Assembly: GCA_963723145.1 (NCBI GenBank)
Contig: CAVRPM010000008.1
Location: 83,987-147,986 of the forward strand
Origin: an uncultured Chloroflexia bacterium
Lineage (GTDB): Bacteria; Chloroflexota; Anaerolineae; Anaerolineales; Anaerolineaceae
DNA length: 64,000 nt
Direction: 5' to 3'
In this document: positions 21,260 to 32,430 of the stretch, piece by piece
How the letters are laid out: each line of letters begins with the position of its first letter
Position numbering within the stretch: the first letter of the stretch is position 1
Program-made: the position numbers and the translations under genes
Notes under the pieces: generated by a model
The model's input: the letters and a program-made list of their open reading frames with translations, nothing else
Told to the model about the DNA's origin: nothing
Database searches by the model: none

Positions 21260-24200
21260 ATGGCTGATGAGTTGCTGATTTCCCAGACCAAGGTCCTGCT
21301 CCCTCAGAGGCGAAAAGAGATTCTTTCACGCCCACGTCTGCTTGAGTTATTGAGCGATCTGCTTGATTTTCGACTCATCATTATTGCCGCTCCTGCTGGT
21401 TATGGTAAAACCTCCTTACTGATCGATTTTGCCCATCAGTTTGACTGGCCAGTCTGCTGGTTAGCTCTTGACCCACTGGATAATGACACTCATCGTTTCC
21501 TTTCCCACTTTGTGATGTCAATTAAAAGGCAATTTCCCGAGTTCGGGGACGAAGCCATAAACATACTTAAAACCACACCCGCTGATCAGCTTAATTTGGA
21601 ATATCTGATCTCGGTTCTAACCAATGATATCTATGAAAAAATTACCGAACACTTCATTGTCGTTCTTGATGACTATCATTTACTCAGTTCTAACGGACTA
21701 ATCGACACATTTCTTAGCGAATTTATCCAACGAGCTGACGACAACTGCCACATTGCCATTACCTCACGCAAGCTGCTCACACTCCCAGATCTTCCTTTAA
21801 TGGTTGCTCGGGCGCAAGTAGGCGGCCTCTCCATTGAGGAATTGGTCTTCCAACCAGATGAGATTCAAAAACTTTACAATCAGGTCTTTCACAGGAATAT
21901 TGATTTAAATGAAGCTTCGGATATAGCCACTGCCTCAGAAGGCTGGATCACCGGCTTATTGCTCACCTCGCCCATGCTGCGTTCCGGTTTAGGTGAACCG
22001 ATCAAGGTTGCGCGCGCATCAGGTATTGGATTGTATGAATATCTCGCTCAACAGGTTCTTACTCAGCAGCCAGAAAATATCCGGGCTTTTCTCCTTAATT
22101 CTTCTATCCTTGAAGAATTCAATGCTGAAATGTGCCAGAAAGTAATAGGTAATGCGCTCAACCAGAATGAAAATTGGACCCGCCTTATGGAATCGATATT
22201 CCATAACAACCTGTTTGTATTGCCGGTTGATGATGAATACAAATGGTTGAGGTACCACCATTTATTTCGTGATTTTCTGCGTTCCATGCTTGAAAGTCAG
22301 CGCCCGCAGGATGCTGAAAAGCTTAGGCAGCATCTTGCCAAATATTTCTCTGAAAGAGGGGATTGGGAAAGGGCTTTTGATATTTACCAGCATTTGGGTG
22401 ATATCCAGGCTATCGCTTCCCTCATAGAGCAGGTAGGTTCGGTTTATATTGCCAAGGGGAAAATCACCAAATTGTCCAATCTGCTAACATTACTTCCTTC
22501 CAGTGTGATATCCAATAATCCCTCACTGCTGTCGATCCAAGCATCTGTTATCTTTAATCAGGGACACATCCAGGAAGGCAAGAACTTGCTTGATAAGGTC
22601 ATTGAAAAACTTGGAAGTGTGGAAAATGAAGGGGACTATGCTGACAACCTTATCCGAAGGTCAGCTGCTTTGCGGATTTTAGGTGATTATGATGCGGCTG
22701 CAAAAGACGCTGAAAAAGCTATTTCTCTGACATCAGAAAAACAAGGAATGGAGCCTCTATACTCAGAAGCGCTTAGAGCAAAAGGTACAATCCTTTTTCA
22801 AACCGGTTTTCTTAAGGAAGGCCTGGAGACATTGAATCAGGCGATTATGATCTGTGAACACGAGAAAAATGATGAAGATATCGCCCGTATTTTGGTAGAA
22901 GTTGGGGCTATTTACGAAAGACTTGGCCAGTTTATTGAAGCAGAACGTTCTTATGAAAGGTCGCTGGCATATTGGCAGTCCGCTGGAGATTCCATCTGGG
23001 TTGCAACCATTTTGAATAATCTAGGTGTCCTGCAGCACTCTAATGGCGAATTTATCAACAGTTTTTATAATCTCGAAAAATCAATGAAATACTCGCAGCT
23101 CACTGGCAACCAGCGCATGGAAGGTTACGCCCTGGCCAGCATAGGCGATTTATATAAAGACCTGGATGCCTTGGAGGAGGCCTCTGACGCATACCAAAAA
23201 GCACTTGAGATTGCCCAGCAGATCGAGGACCAATATCTTATTTTTTATCTTAAAATCAGCGGCTGCCAGATTGGCAATAAGCCAGAGTCAAATATCAAAA
23301 GCCGAAATACTAATACGCACTGCAATTGCAATGGCAAAAAAAAGCGGTTCAGCATATGATACTCATAAGATCATGCTTGAACAGTGTGCTCTTGAATTTG
23401 CAGTCAATAGATTTCAAGCTGTTCTTGAAAATCTTGAAATTGCTGACAAGTATTTCTCCAAGGAAGGTCACATTGAAGATAGCATTCGTGCTCAAGCCTT
23501 GTTCTTCACTGCATTGGCCAAGCTGGGTAATATTAAGAAAGCGTCAGTAATAATTCGTGATTTTTCAGTTGGTATAAGCGATCCATCCAGGTATATCCCT
23601 AGTGTAGTAATGCTCAATGAACTTCAGGAACAATTAAGATCTTTGATTTCCAGAAAGGAAATCGGGGTTGAAATTTCAGGCTTGTTGGCTCGTTTAATTG
23701 ATTTTCATAAACTGACTCAGAAAAGCAGGCGCCGCATAAGGAAAGAAGCATCGGTTATTCCCTTTGCACCCGCAAAAATTGAAATTCGCGCCTTCGGCCG
23801 TGCCGAGGTGATTGTTAAGAATCACATTCTAGCGATTTCAGATTGGAAAACCCAAATGTCACGAGATCTCTTTTTCCTTTTTCTGGCGCATCCTGAGGGA
23901 CTCACCAAGGAAGAAGTTGGCGTAATAATGTGGCAGGAACTATCACCGGCTGAATTAAAACTCGGATTTAAGAATGCCATCTACCGCATGCGCCACGCTA
24001 TCGGTTCGGAGGCGGTCCATTTCCAGGATAATTATTATCAATTCAACCGCTCGATCGACTATGATTATGACGTTCAAAACTTTTTAAATGCCACCAATTT
24101 AGCCAAGGATGAAAAAAATACAGACAAACAAATTGAACATTACAAGACTGCCATCAAGTTATACCAGGGTTCCTACCTGCCGGATATGGATTATTCCTGG

Positions 24201-24494
24201 GTCATACCCGACCGCCAAAATTTTCATGAGTTGGCAATCAAGAATTTGCTTGATCTGACTCAGATTTTGGTCAAAAATAAACGATACGATGAAGCACTGA
24301 CTTACTGCCACAAGGCGCTTCAAGAAGAAGCATTCAATGAGGATTTGCATCGCATGGCAATGGAAATATATTCATTGATGGGTAACAAAGCTGCAGTTTC
24401 AAGACAATACCAGCAATGCTTGAACATATTGAAAGATGAAATCGGTGCTCCTCCTTCTGAGGCAACAGTCATGTTGTATAAAACATTAATTTGA
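21260..24494 (+). CDS. MalT-like STAND ATPase/TPR/BTAD transcriptional regulator, frameshift near 23255
   Basis: RPRL, APAGYGKT, VLDDYH, EGW, RYHHLF, TPR repeats; C-terminal D.DV..F, LYQG.YL, E.LHR..M, EIGAPPS. Confidence 0.85.
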
Positions 24495-24571
24495 CGTTAA
24501 GAGCACTTAAAAAAATATTTAGGCAATCTATCATTATTTTCCTTTCCCAACTTCAAGTAATATCCCGAAAA

Positions 24572-24600
24572 TTGACTTAATAATTTCACATTTGTATAAT
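24572..24600 (+). promoter_or_regulatory. sigma70 promoter for the SDR-MBL pair
   Basis: TTGACT, 17 nt, TATAAT. Confidence 0.7.
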
Positions 24601-24633
24601 GACCTCAGTCTTTCAAATTTATCTGGAGGGATA

Positions 24634-25392
24634 ATGCGCTTCAAAGATAAAGTTGTTATTGTGACAGGTGGCGCGCGTGGAATTGGCCGGTCAATCGCTG
24701 AAGGATTTGGGAAAGAGGGGGCAAAGGTTGTTGTCGCAGACGTGCTGCAAGTTGAAGGAAAAAGTTCAGCAGATTCAATAAATGAACTTGGATCGGATTC
24801 AATATTTATTGAATCTGACGTTTCAAGTAAAGCCAATATCGATCATCTGGTTGATTTGACCATACGGCTATATGGTTCGATTGACATCCTTGTGAACGTT
24901 GCCGGAATTTGCCCATTCAAGGATTTTCTGGAAATCCCTGAAGAAATGTGGGATCATGTTTTGGATGTTAATCTAAAGGGAGTATTTCTGTGTTCGCAGG
25001 CAATTGCCAAAGTAATGGTTAGTAAAGGCATACACGGACGCATAATCAGCATCGGATCAATTTCTTCAATCGTTGGCGGTGCACAGCAGGCTCATTATTG
25101 TTCCTCAAAAGCCGGTATAAATCTATTAAACGCATCCATGGCCGTAGCACTGGGTCCTTATGGTATTACATGCAATGTTGTTATGCCAGGTCCTGTTGAA
25201 ACAGATATAAATAAAGATGACCTGATCGATGAAAAAAAACGGAATTACTTTATCAACCGCACTCCTTTGCACCGTATTGGTCAGCCGCAGGATATTGTTG
25301 GCCCGGTCATGTTTTTCGCATCGGATGATGCTTCCTGGTGTACAGGTTCAACCTTGGTAGTCGATGGTGGGATTCTCGCAAATTTTCAATAA
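24634..25392 (+). CDS. SDR-family oxidoreductase (possibly a sugar dehydrogenase)
   Basis: TGGARGIG, YCSSK catalytic motif, VDGG. Confidence 0.9.
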   Translation: MRFKDKVVIVTGGARGIGRSIAEGFGKEGAKVVVADVLQVEGKSSADSINELGSDSIFIESDVSSKANIDHLVDLTIRLYGSIDILVNVAGICPFKDFLEIPEEMWDHVLDVNLKGVFLCSQAIAKVMVSKGIHGRIISIGSISSIVGGAQQAHYCSSKAGINLLNASMAVALGPYGITCNVVMPGPVETDINKDDLIDEKKRNYFINRTPLHRIGQPQDIVGPVMFFASDDASWCTGSTLVVDGGILANFQ

Positions 25393-25404
25393 TTGGAGGA
25401 TTTC

Positions 25405-26196
25405 ATGGAATACAAAATTGATATATTGAAAGTAGCCCAGTTCCCAGAAACACCGGGACCAGAAATTTATTGGATGTCCAATTTTGGAGATGATAAGTGG
25501 GAAACGCTCGCAGTATATGCAATATTAATACGCGGTGGTGGGCATACAATTCTTGTCAATTCCGGCGCGCCATTGGATTATCTGGAATGGCTTAACAAAC
25601 TGTGGGGCGCTGGTACTAATTATCGCCACCAACTGGTTGTTAATGAAGAAGACCACATTGAAAATCGTCTTGCACAGGCAGGCGTCAAACCGGAAGAAGT
25701 GCAGCATATTATCATCACCCCGCTTCAACCTTACGCCATCGGAGGTATAGACAAATTTCCAAATGCACAATATCATGTAAACCGCAACGGCTGGGCTGAA
25801 TTATTCGCCCCCCGATATAAATCCCATCCGCATGATAATTTTTATGCCTGTGTCCCCAAGAGACTTATCAGCTATATTTTTCTTGAAGCCTGGGAGCGGA
25901 TGAATTTCATGAAAAATGAGCAAAACATCCTTCCCGGGATTGATGTTTTTTGGACTGGTGTGCATCACCGCAGCTCCGTGGCGGTAAAAATAAACACAAA
26001 GGATGGTAATGTAATTTTTTCGGATTGTTTCTTCCGTTACGAACACATAACCGAAAATCGGCTACTTGGGATCAATGAGAATATGTATGAAGCCCTTGAA
26101 GCTTACGAACGCATTCGAAACGAAGCGGATATTCTGGTACCAATGTATGATCCGCGGGTTCTAAAAGATCATCCGGGAGGGAAGATCGGTTATTAA
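25405..26196 (+). CDS. metallo-beta-lactamase-fold (AHL-lactonase-like) protein with degenerate metal-binding motif
   Basis: ILVNSG; GVKPEEVQHIIITPLQPYA at the HxHxDH position; FPNA; FSDC; PMYDP. Confidence 0.7.
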   Translation: MEYKIDILKVAQFPETPGPEIYWMSNFGDDKWETLAVYAILIRGGGHTILVNSGAPLDYLEWLNKLWGAGTNYRHQLVVNEEDHIENRLAQAGVKPEEVQHIIITPLQPYAIGGIDKFPNAQYHVNRNGWAELFAPRYKSHPHDNFYACVPKRLISYIFLEAWERMNFMKNEQNILPGIDVFWTGVHHRSSVAVKINTKDGNVIFSDCFFRYEHITENRLLGINENMYEALEAYERIRNEADILVPMYDPRVLKDHPGGKIGY

Positions 26197-26241
26197 ACTT
26201 TTAAAGCTGCTTTCAAGAGGTTACTTTTGATTTTGAGTAAT

Positions 26242-26565
26242 TTAATCGATATGGAATACTTCTTCCAACTCCAGCATGGATTCATCCGCACGCCTGCCGC
26301 CCAGTGCTTCAAAATAAGGCGCCATGGCAGCCTGCCATTTTTCATTGATCGATTCTTCTTCCATTCCTTTTAATGCTGTCGTGAAATCAACCGGCGTTTC
26401 AAAATACCCGAACAAAAGCCCATCCTCCCTCATAAATAAAGAGTAATTATGCCAACCGGTTCTGCTAAGCGCTTCTTTCATTTCCGGCCATACACTTTTA
26501 TGCGCCTCCTTGTACTCTTCAATTTTGTCTTTGCGGACTTTTAATACAATTCCTATTCTCTTCAT
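26242..26565 (-). CDS. rhaM: L-rhamnose mutarotase family
   Basis: EEYKEAHKSVWPEM, HNYSLF, EEVFHID. Confidence 0.9.
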   Translation of the reverse strand: MKRIGIVLKVRKDKIEEYKEAHKSVWPEMKEALSRTGWHNYSLFMREDGLLFGYFETPVDFTTALKGMEEESINEKWQAAMAPYFEALGGRRADESMLELEEVFHID

Positions 26566-26573
26566 GCCATCTC

Positions 26574-28103
26574 CTAATATGCCAGTTCTACATGATCAAG
26601 ATTCGATTTAAAAAGTTCAAAACTTTTATCCCAAGGCGTTTTATCTCCAGGCTCATAAGTCAATATTTCAAATGAGTTTCGGATAATTTCTACTCCTTCT
26701 TTCCAGCTCCCAACATCTTTATTGGCTATCGCCTGAACAATGAGGTTGCCAATGCCCGTTGCTTCAATGGGGCCCGTGATCACCCGTCTGCCTAAAGCAT
26801 CTGCAGTTAATTGGCTGAGCAACTGATTCTTGGTACCACCGCCCACAATATGGATGGTGGACATCTTGCGTTCTGATACTTCTTCAAGCTTTTCGATAAC
26901 ATACCGGTAGCGAAGTGCCAGCCCTTGAAGCACTGCTCTGATAATTTCTCCTTCTGTCTGCGGAATTGGTTGGCCAGTGATTTGACAATATTCCTTGACC
27001 CTTTCAGCAGTCTTACCAGGGCGTAAAAATGCTGTGTAATCGGGATCAACAAATGATTTCAGCGAATCTGCTTTTTTTGCCCATTCAGTTAATTCTGTGT
27101 AAGAATATTCTTTCCCCTCATTAATCCACTGCTGTCTGCACTGCTGCACAACCCAAAGACCCATCACATTTTTGGAGAACCGGTAAGTGCCGTCCAAACC
27201 GCCCTCATTGGTAAAATTGTACTTATAACTTGCTTCATTAATTATTGGTTCGGGAGTATTCATTCCTACAATTGACCATGTTCCTGAACTGATCCAGATA
27301 AAGTCATCAACTTCAGCAGGAACCGCCGCAACCGCAGCACCTGTATCGTGGCAGGCAGGAGCAATAATCAAGGGTTGTGCTCCCGTTTCCAAGGCTACTG
27401 AATTGCGCAAAGGTCCAAGAATTGTCCCTGGTGCAACCACCTCGGGAAAAATATGTCTTGGAAAATCCATTGCTTGAATGATTTCTTTGGACCACTCCCG
27501 TTTCCGTGGATTGAAGAGCTGTGAAGTAGTAGTATCAGTGAACTCGGCGACCGCTTTTCCTGACAGCCAATAATTGAATAGATCAGGCACCATAAGGAAT
27601 TTATCCGCTATGGATAATTGCGGGTCATTACGAACAGACATGGCCAGCAAATGATAGAGCGCATTTATCGGCATAAACTGTATGCCAGTTAATTCATAAA
27701 TTTTTTCCTTTGGTATGCGATTGAACGCCTCTTCCATCATCCCGTTCGTGCGGCTGTCGCGGTAGTTGAACGGCGTACCTACCATCATGCCCCTTTTATC
27801 CAGCAACGCAAAATCCACGCCCCAGGTATCCACGCCAACGGCTTCTATCCTGACTTTTTTACCTGCCAGATGAATGGATTTTTTAATTTCATGCCAGAAT
27901 CGGGTGAAGTCCCAAAGCATACTACAATCACTATCCAGCCCCGATGGGACGAGGTCAGGATACATGGTAGGAACCGATTCAGCGCCTGTCAAAAAGCGGT
28001 GTTCTTCTGAAAGTGTAATTTTTCCACTCTGAATCGTGCCTAGAATTGCGCGGCCGCTTTCCGCGCCCATATCCAAGGCCAGATAATGCTTCATCTCCGA
28101 CAT
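26574..28103 (-). CDS. rhaB: rhamnulokinase-family FGGY sugar kinase
   Basis: LALDMGAESGR, DTWGVDF, YRDSRT, HDTGAAV, SSGTWS, FTNEGG, KNVMGLW. Confidence 0.88.
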   Translation of the reverse strand: MSEMKHYLALDMGAESGRAILGTIQSGKITLSEEHRFLTGAESVPTMYPDLVPSGLDSDCSMLWDFTRFWHEIKKSIHLAGKKVRIEAVGVDTWGVDFALLDKRGMMVGTPFNYRDSRTNGMMEEAFNRIPKEKIYELTGIQFMPINALYHLLAMSVRNDPQLSIADKFLMVPDLFNYWLSGKAVAEFTDTTTSQLFNPRKREWSKEIIQAMDFPRHIFPEVVAPGTILGPLRNSVALETGAQPLIIAPACHDTGAAVAAVPAEVDDFIWISSGTWSIVGMNTPEPIINEASYKYNFTNEGGLDGTYRFSKNVMGLWVVQQCRQQWINEGKEYSYTELTEWAKKADSLKSFVDPDYTAFLRPGKTAERVKEYCQITGQPIPQTEGEIIRAVLQGLALRYRYVIEKLEEVSERKMSTIHIVGGGTKNQLLSQLTADALGRRVITGPIEATGIGNLIVQAIANKDVGSWKEGVEIIRNSFEILTYEPGDKTPWDKSFELFKSNLDHVELAY

Positions 28104-28124
28104 GGCGGCCTCCTTTGAAGCAAA

Positions 28125-29109
28125 CTATTCCAGAAATGCTTTACGCATCAGTGCAGACATAGACATGGCATCACCTTCTGAAACCACCTTGCCTATCTCA
28201 TTCCGCCCGATCTTGTCAAGAATACCGTTGAATCCCTTTATCCATTTTATAGATTCGTTTGCTGCGCGGATGCCATCCTCTCTATAAGGGAAAATATCCA
28301 ATGCGTACCAGCCCTTATAATTCAACCGATCTAACCAATAAATTAATTCAAGGGATTCGATGGTATGTACCGAACCAAAAGTCATATCATCATCCCACAT
28401 GCGCCAGTTATCATTGAAGTGCATATAAAACAACTTATCTCCAAAATAATGCAGCAGTGCAGCAGATTCGGCTGTATTTTCATAACCCTGCAGCGCATGG
28501 CCAACGTCAATCATTGCACCCACATTTGGTTTATTGACTTTATTTAGCAGTAATAAAGTTTTCCCCACGGAGGCAATAAAACAATGCGTACGCGGTTCTT
28601 TAGGTTTGTATTCAATAACAATTTTCACCTCCGGTACATGGTCAGCACAATCTGCTGTCCCTTCAATGAGCAAATCCCAAGCTCTTGGAAAATCAGCTTG
28701 TAAGGGATAGTCATAGCCATCCTGGCCAAACCACAGATCAATAACCTCGCAGTTAAGTTGCTTAGCCCATTCCATTGATTTCTTGACTTCATGAATGGCA
28801 GCCTTACGGACTTTCTCATCAATAGAAGTGAATGAACCCCACCCCCATTTGCCTGAAGCCCAGATATCCGGTGTAACACAGGTGACTTCAAAACCTGCAT
28901 CCTTAACTTGTCGATGAATTTGTTCCACATTATGATCGTTGACATGCCATTTGCCCACCAGTTCCACACCGGTAAGATCTTCAACTTTTTGGGCAGCCTT
29001 TAATTAATTCATCTGTATTTCGCCGCTGACCATATCCCTCCAGAACATATCGGTCAGCACAGGCGTTAAAAGTATTGATGTTTGCGGAAAATTTTAAATT
29101 GGAATCCAT
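28125..29109 (-). CDS. xylose-isomerase-like TIM-barrel aldose isomerase, N-terminal frameshift near 29010
   Basis: WFGQDG, EYKPKEPR, DVGH, HFNDN, DDDM, DIFPYRE; ATG at 29109 with AGGAGG RBS. Confidence 0.8.
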
Positions 29110-29173
29110 GGGTTCCTCCTAAAAAGATAAAGAAAAACAAAAAAATAATTGCTGTTTGAAATAATTTATTGAC

Positions 29174-29206
29174 AAAAAGCCAGGGTACGCAAAACGTACC
29201 CTGGCT
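29174..29206 (-). terminator. intra-operon terminator/stem-loop after the solute-binding-protein gene
   Basis: AGCCAGGGTACG/CGTACCCTGGCT stem plus T run on the minus strand. Confidence 0.75.
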
Positions 29207-29223
29207 GTTAAATATTTTTGAAC

Positions 29224-30228
29224 TTAAAAATCGTAGTTGTCAATATTATTGATATCGAAGACAGTCGGAGGTCCAAGCAGGACTTCTCCATTTGCGCCAA
29301 CGGTGTATTCGCCCAAACGACCACCGTCGAATTTCTCGCCTTCTTTACCCGTTATCTTGCCGCTTAACAGCGCATGTGCCATATAAACTGCGAGATAAGC
29401 CTGGTCTTTTGGTACCCACAAAGCAAACTGGGGCATGGTACCGCTTTTTACATATGCGCGCAGTTCATTGGGCAGACCAAGGCCGGTCACTTTAATCTGA
29501 TCCTGTAATCCCTCGTCTTCAACCGCTCGGGCTGCAGCCGCTACACCAACGCTGGTTGGTGAAATAATCCCCGCCAGATCAGGATAGCTTTAGAATAAGC
29601 CTAAAGCTTCATCGTAGCTCTTCTGATCCACGTCATCACCATAAACGGTCCCGACATATTCCATCTTGGCATACTTGGGGTCTTCCCATTCCTTCAGCGC
29701 CCATTCGTTCCAGGTATTCTGGTTCGTCATTGTGGCACCGGCAGAAAGAATCGCCACTTTCCCAGCACAGACATCTGGCCCACCAAGGATATCGCACATC
29801 ATTTTAGTCAAGCCGCGTCCAATTCCTTCGGCTGATGCCTGATTCTGGAATAACTGGCGGCAGTTGGTGTCTGAATCCCAGGAAACAACCACTTTGCCGT
29901 CTTTCATTGCGCCATCAAGGGTCGGGCAAAGTGCATCCACATCATCTGCTGAAACGAGGACAGCACTCACACCTTGCGCAAGAGCAGCTTCGATTAATTC
30001 TATTTGTTTGGCCGCATCCGGAGTATCGGGTGAATTGATGATAATCTCATACCCAAGTTCTTTCGCTGCTTCTTCTGCGCCTGGATAAGAGTTCTGCTCA
30101 AAATAAGGGATACCTGAAACCTTGGCAATGAAGAATAGTTTCTTTCCTTCAGTAGTCGCCTCTTTGGGCGCACAGGATGCCAATATTAAAGCGAAGATCA
30201 ATACAACAAACAGTATAGTCTTCTTCAT
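29224..30228 (-). CDS. rhamnose-type sugar ABC transporter solute-binding lipoprotein, frameshift near 29590
   Basis: lipobox LASC; VSWDSD, ATMTNQNTW, VYGDD; TGLGLP and NIDNYDF in the second frame. Confidence 0.88.
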
Positions 30229-30339
30229 TTTATTTTTCCTCCATAAATTATTGTTTTTTTTTAACCATCAAATGCGATATTTAAAACCTGGACATTCCGA
30301 TATTCCACCTCCTCTATATATTTAATTATACAGACCGTT

Positions 30340-31365
30340 TCAAGCCCCTATTATCTCCTTTTCCATCTGCCTCATTTTTCGGCGGCTTCTAACCTTTTCA
30401 ACCAAACGTGGCAGAAGAATTGCCAGAATCAATAACATCCCAAAAATAATTTTTTGAATTTCACCCTGGATGTTTAATAAGTTCATGAGTAATCTAACCT
30501 CAGATACTAACCATAAGGATAAGAAAACACCCAACAGTGTTCCTGTTCCACCTGTGGTTAACACACCACCCAGAACAACAGCAGTAATAACGGTCAATTC
30601 ATAGCCTGAACCAATGTCCGCGTCTACACTGCCGTATCGCGCTGCCAGAATCATCCCAGCGATGGCTGCCATGAATCCTGACATGGTAAATATGATAATT
30701 TTGACCTTGTCTACTGGTACACCCGAATACCTGCAGGTGTTTTCATTTTGACCAATGGAATATATATACCTTCCAAAAGCGGTGCGATGCAGGAGCAGAA
30801 AGGAAAAAAGTGCAAACACAGCAAAGATAATCAATTGAAAGGGGATTATTGTGCCTGGTAATTTTCCTTGTCCGATAAAATTAAATTCATCAGGAAATCC
30901 TTTTACAGTAAACTCTCTGAGCAATGAATAACCTATCCCTTTATATAGTGTGAAAGTTCCCAGTGTCGCAACCAGAGGGGGCAGTCTGACAACACCAACG
31001 AGAATTCCATTCAATAATCCGCCAAGAGTACCTGTCAGTATGCCACCGGATATAGCAAATCCCATCGGCACACCTGCTTCAAATAGCTTCGCCATGACCA
31101 CAGTGCTCATGAGTAGATTGTTTGCTACCGAAAGGTCAACGCTGCCAGTTGCAATAATGATCAAGGTCATTGGCAGCGCCATAATTGCTATTTCCATTAA
31201 ATTCTTTGAGTTTTGGATCTGATTCTTCAAGTCAATAAAATAGGGGGAAAGAGTTGAACCAAAAGACATCAAAATTAAAATAATTATGAAAAGCTGGAAT
31301 TCCCATCTTGAAGCCAACCTGAGTAGTGAATTCATTTTATTTGATCTGGTTTCGGCTTTTTTCAT
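30340..31365 (-). CDS. sugar ABC transporter permease (RhaQ-like)
   Basis: DLSV, LVATLGT, GRYIYSIG, YELTVITAVVLGG. Confidence 0.9.
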   Translation of the reverse strand: MKKAETRSNKMNSLLRLASRWEFQLFIIILILMSFGSTLSPYFIDLKNQIQNSKNLMEIAIMALPMTLIIIATGSVDLSVANNLLMSTVVMAKLFEAGVPMGFAISGGILTGTLGGLLNGILVGVVRLPPLVATLGTFTLYKGIGYSLLREFTVKGFPDEFNFIGQGKLPGTIIPFQLIIFAVFALFSFLLLHRTAFGRYIYSIGQNENTCRYSGVPVDKVKIIIFTMSGFMAAIAGMILAARYGSVDADIGSGYELTVITAVVLGGVLTTGGTGTLLGVFLSLWLVSEVRLLMNLLNIQGEIQKIIFGMLLILAILLPRLVEKVRSRRKMRQMEKEIIGA

Positions 31366-31387
31366 TCTTAAGTGGACCTCCCGCAAA

Positions 31388-32389
31388 TTATTGTTTGCCT
31401 AGCCTGCGGTAAATAAGCGTATCAAATACCACTGCAGTGATGATAAGCACGCCATTGATTGTCAGCCGCCAGAAAGGATTGATGTTGGATATTGTCAAAG
31501 CATTTAAGATAATCCCCAACAGCCAGGCTCCAAGAATTACGTTCAACACCTTGCCCGAACCCCCAAGAACGCTGACACCTCCGACCACACATGCAGCCAC
31601 AGTTTGAAGTTCAAATCCAATTCCAGTTTCATTTGTTACTGAGCCATAACGCGATGCCCAAAGTATTCCTGCAAAACCCGCAAGAGCGCCAGAGATCAGA
31701 TATACGCTAAAAATTACTTTATCCTTGGGAATACCGGCGACATCAGCAGCATTTGGATTGGAGCCTACCGCGTAAATTTGCCGGCCGAGTCGGGTGTATT
31801 TCATCATCAGAGAAATGCCTAAGGCAACAATAATCGCATACCAGATCAGCATGGGAATTCCTAATACTAGATTGCGGGTTAATTGCAGAAATGTGGGGGA
31901 AATGCGGTAGGTATTAACCCACTCACCGCCGCTGAAAACTACAACCATGCCGCGAAAAATACTCATGGTTGCCAAAGTTGCGATCAGCGGAGGCAGCTTC
32001 CCAATAGTGATCAATAATCCGTTTAGTGTGCCCAGAAGTAATCCCAGACCAATTCCCATGATCAATGTCAGTTCCATTGGAAAATCGAACTTATCCCGTA
32101 TGAAAAGCCCTACCACCATTGCCACAAGTCCAACAATTGAGGAAACCGAAAGATCAATCCCTCGGGTTATGATAGCCAGCATCTGGCCGCAAGCCACAAT
32201 AACCGTAAGAGAGATTGCTACCAGAATATCTTCAAAATTTGCTAAGTTAAGAAAATAAGGTGATCGAAGTGAAATAGCGCCCATTAAAAGGAGTGTTATC
32301 GCCACGATTCCAAGTTCACGCCAGGTGCTGAATGCTGATAATAAACTGCTTTTATTATTCTTTGCTTTAAGGGCAGAATTGCTTTCCAT
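31388..32389 (-). CDS. sugar ABC transporter permease (RhaP-like)
   Basis: IDLSVSS, LGRQIYAVGSN, FELQTVAACVVGG. Confidence 0.9.
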   Translation of the reverse strand: MESNSALKAKNNKSSLLSAFSTWRELGIVAITLLLMGAISLRSPYFLNLANFEDILVAISLTVIVACGQMLAIITRGIDLSVSSIVGLVAMVVGLFIRDKFDFPMELTLIMGIGLGLLLGTLNGLLITIGKLPPLIATLATMSIFRGMVVVFSGGEWVNTYRISPTFLQLTRNLVLGIPMLIWYAIIVALGISLMMKYTRLGRQIYAVGSNPNAADVAGIPKDKVIFSVYLISGALAGFAGILWASRYGSVTNETGIGFELQTVAACVVGGVSVLGGSGKVLNVILGAWLLGIILNALTISNINPFWRLTINGVLIITAVVFDTLIYRRLGKQ

Positions 32390-32430
32390 ACAAATTGTTA
32401 TCCTTTGCCTAAATAATTATTACTTTGCTC

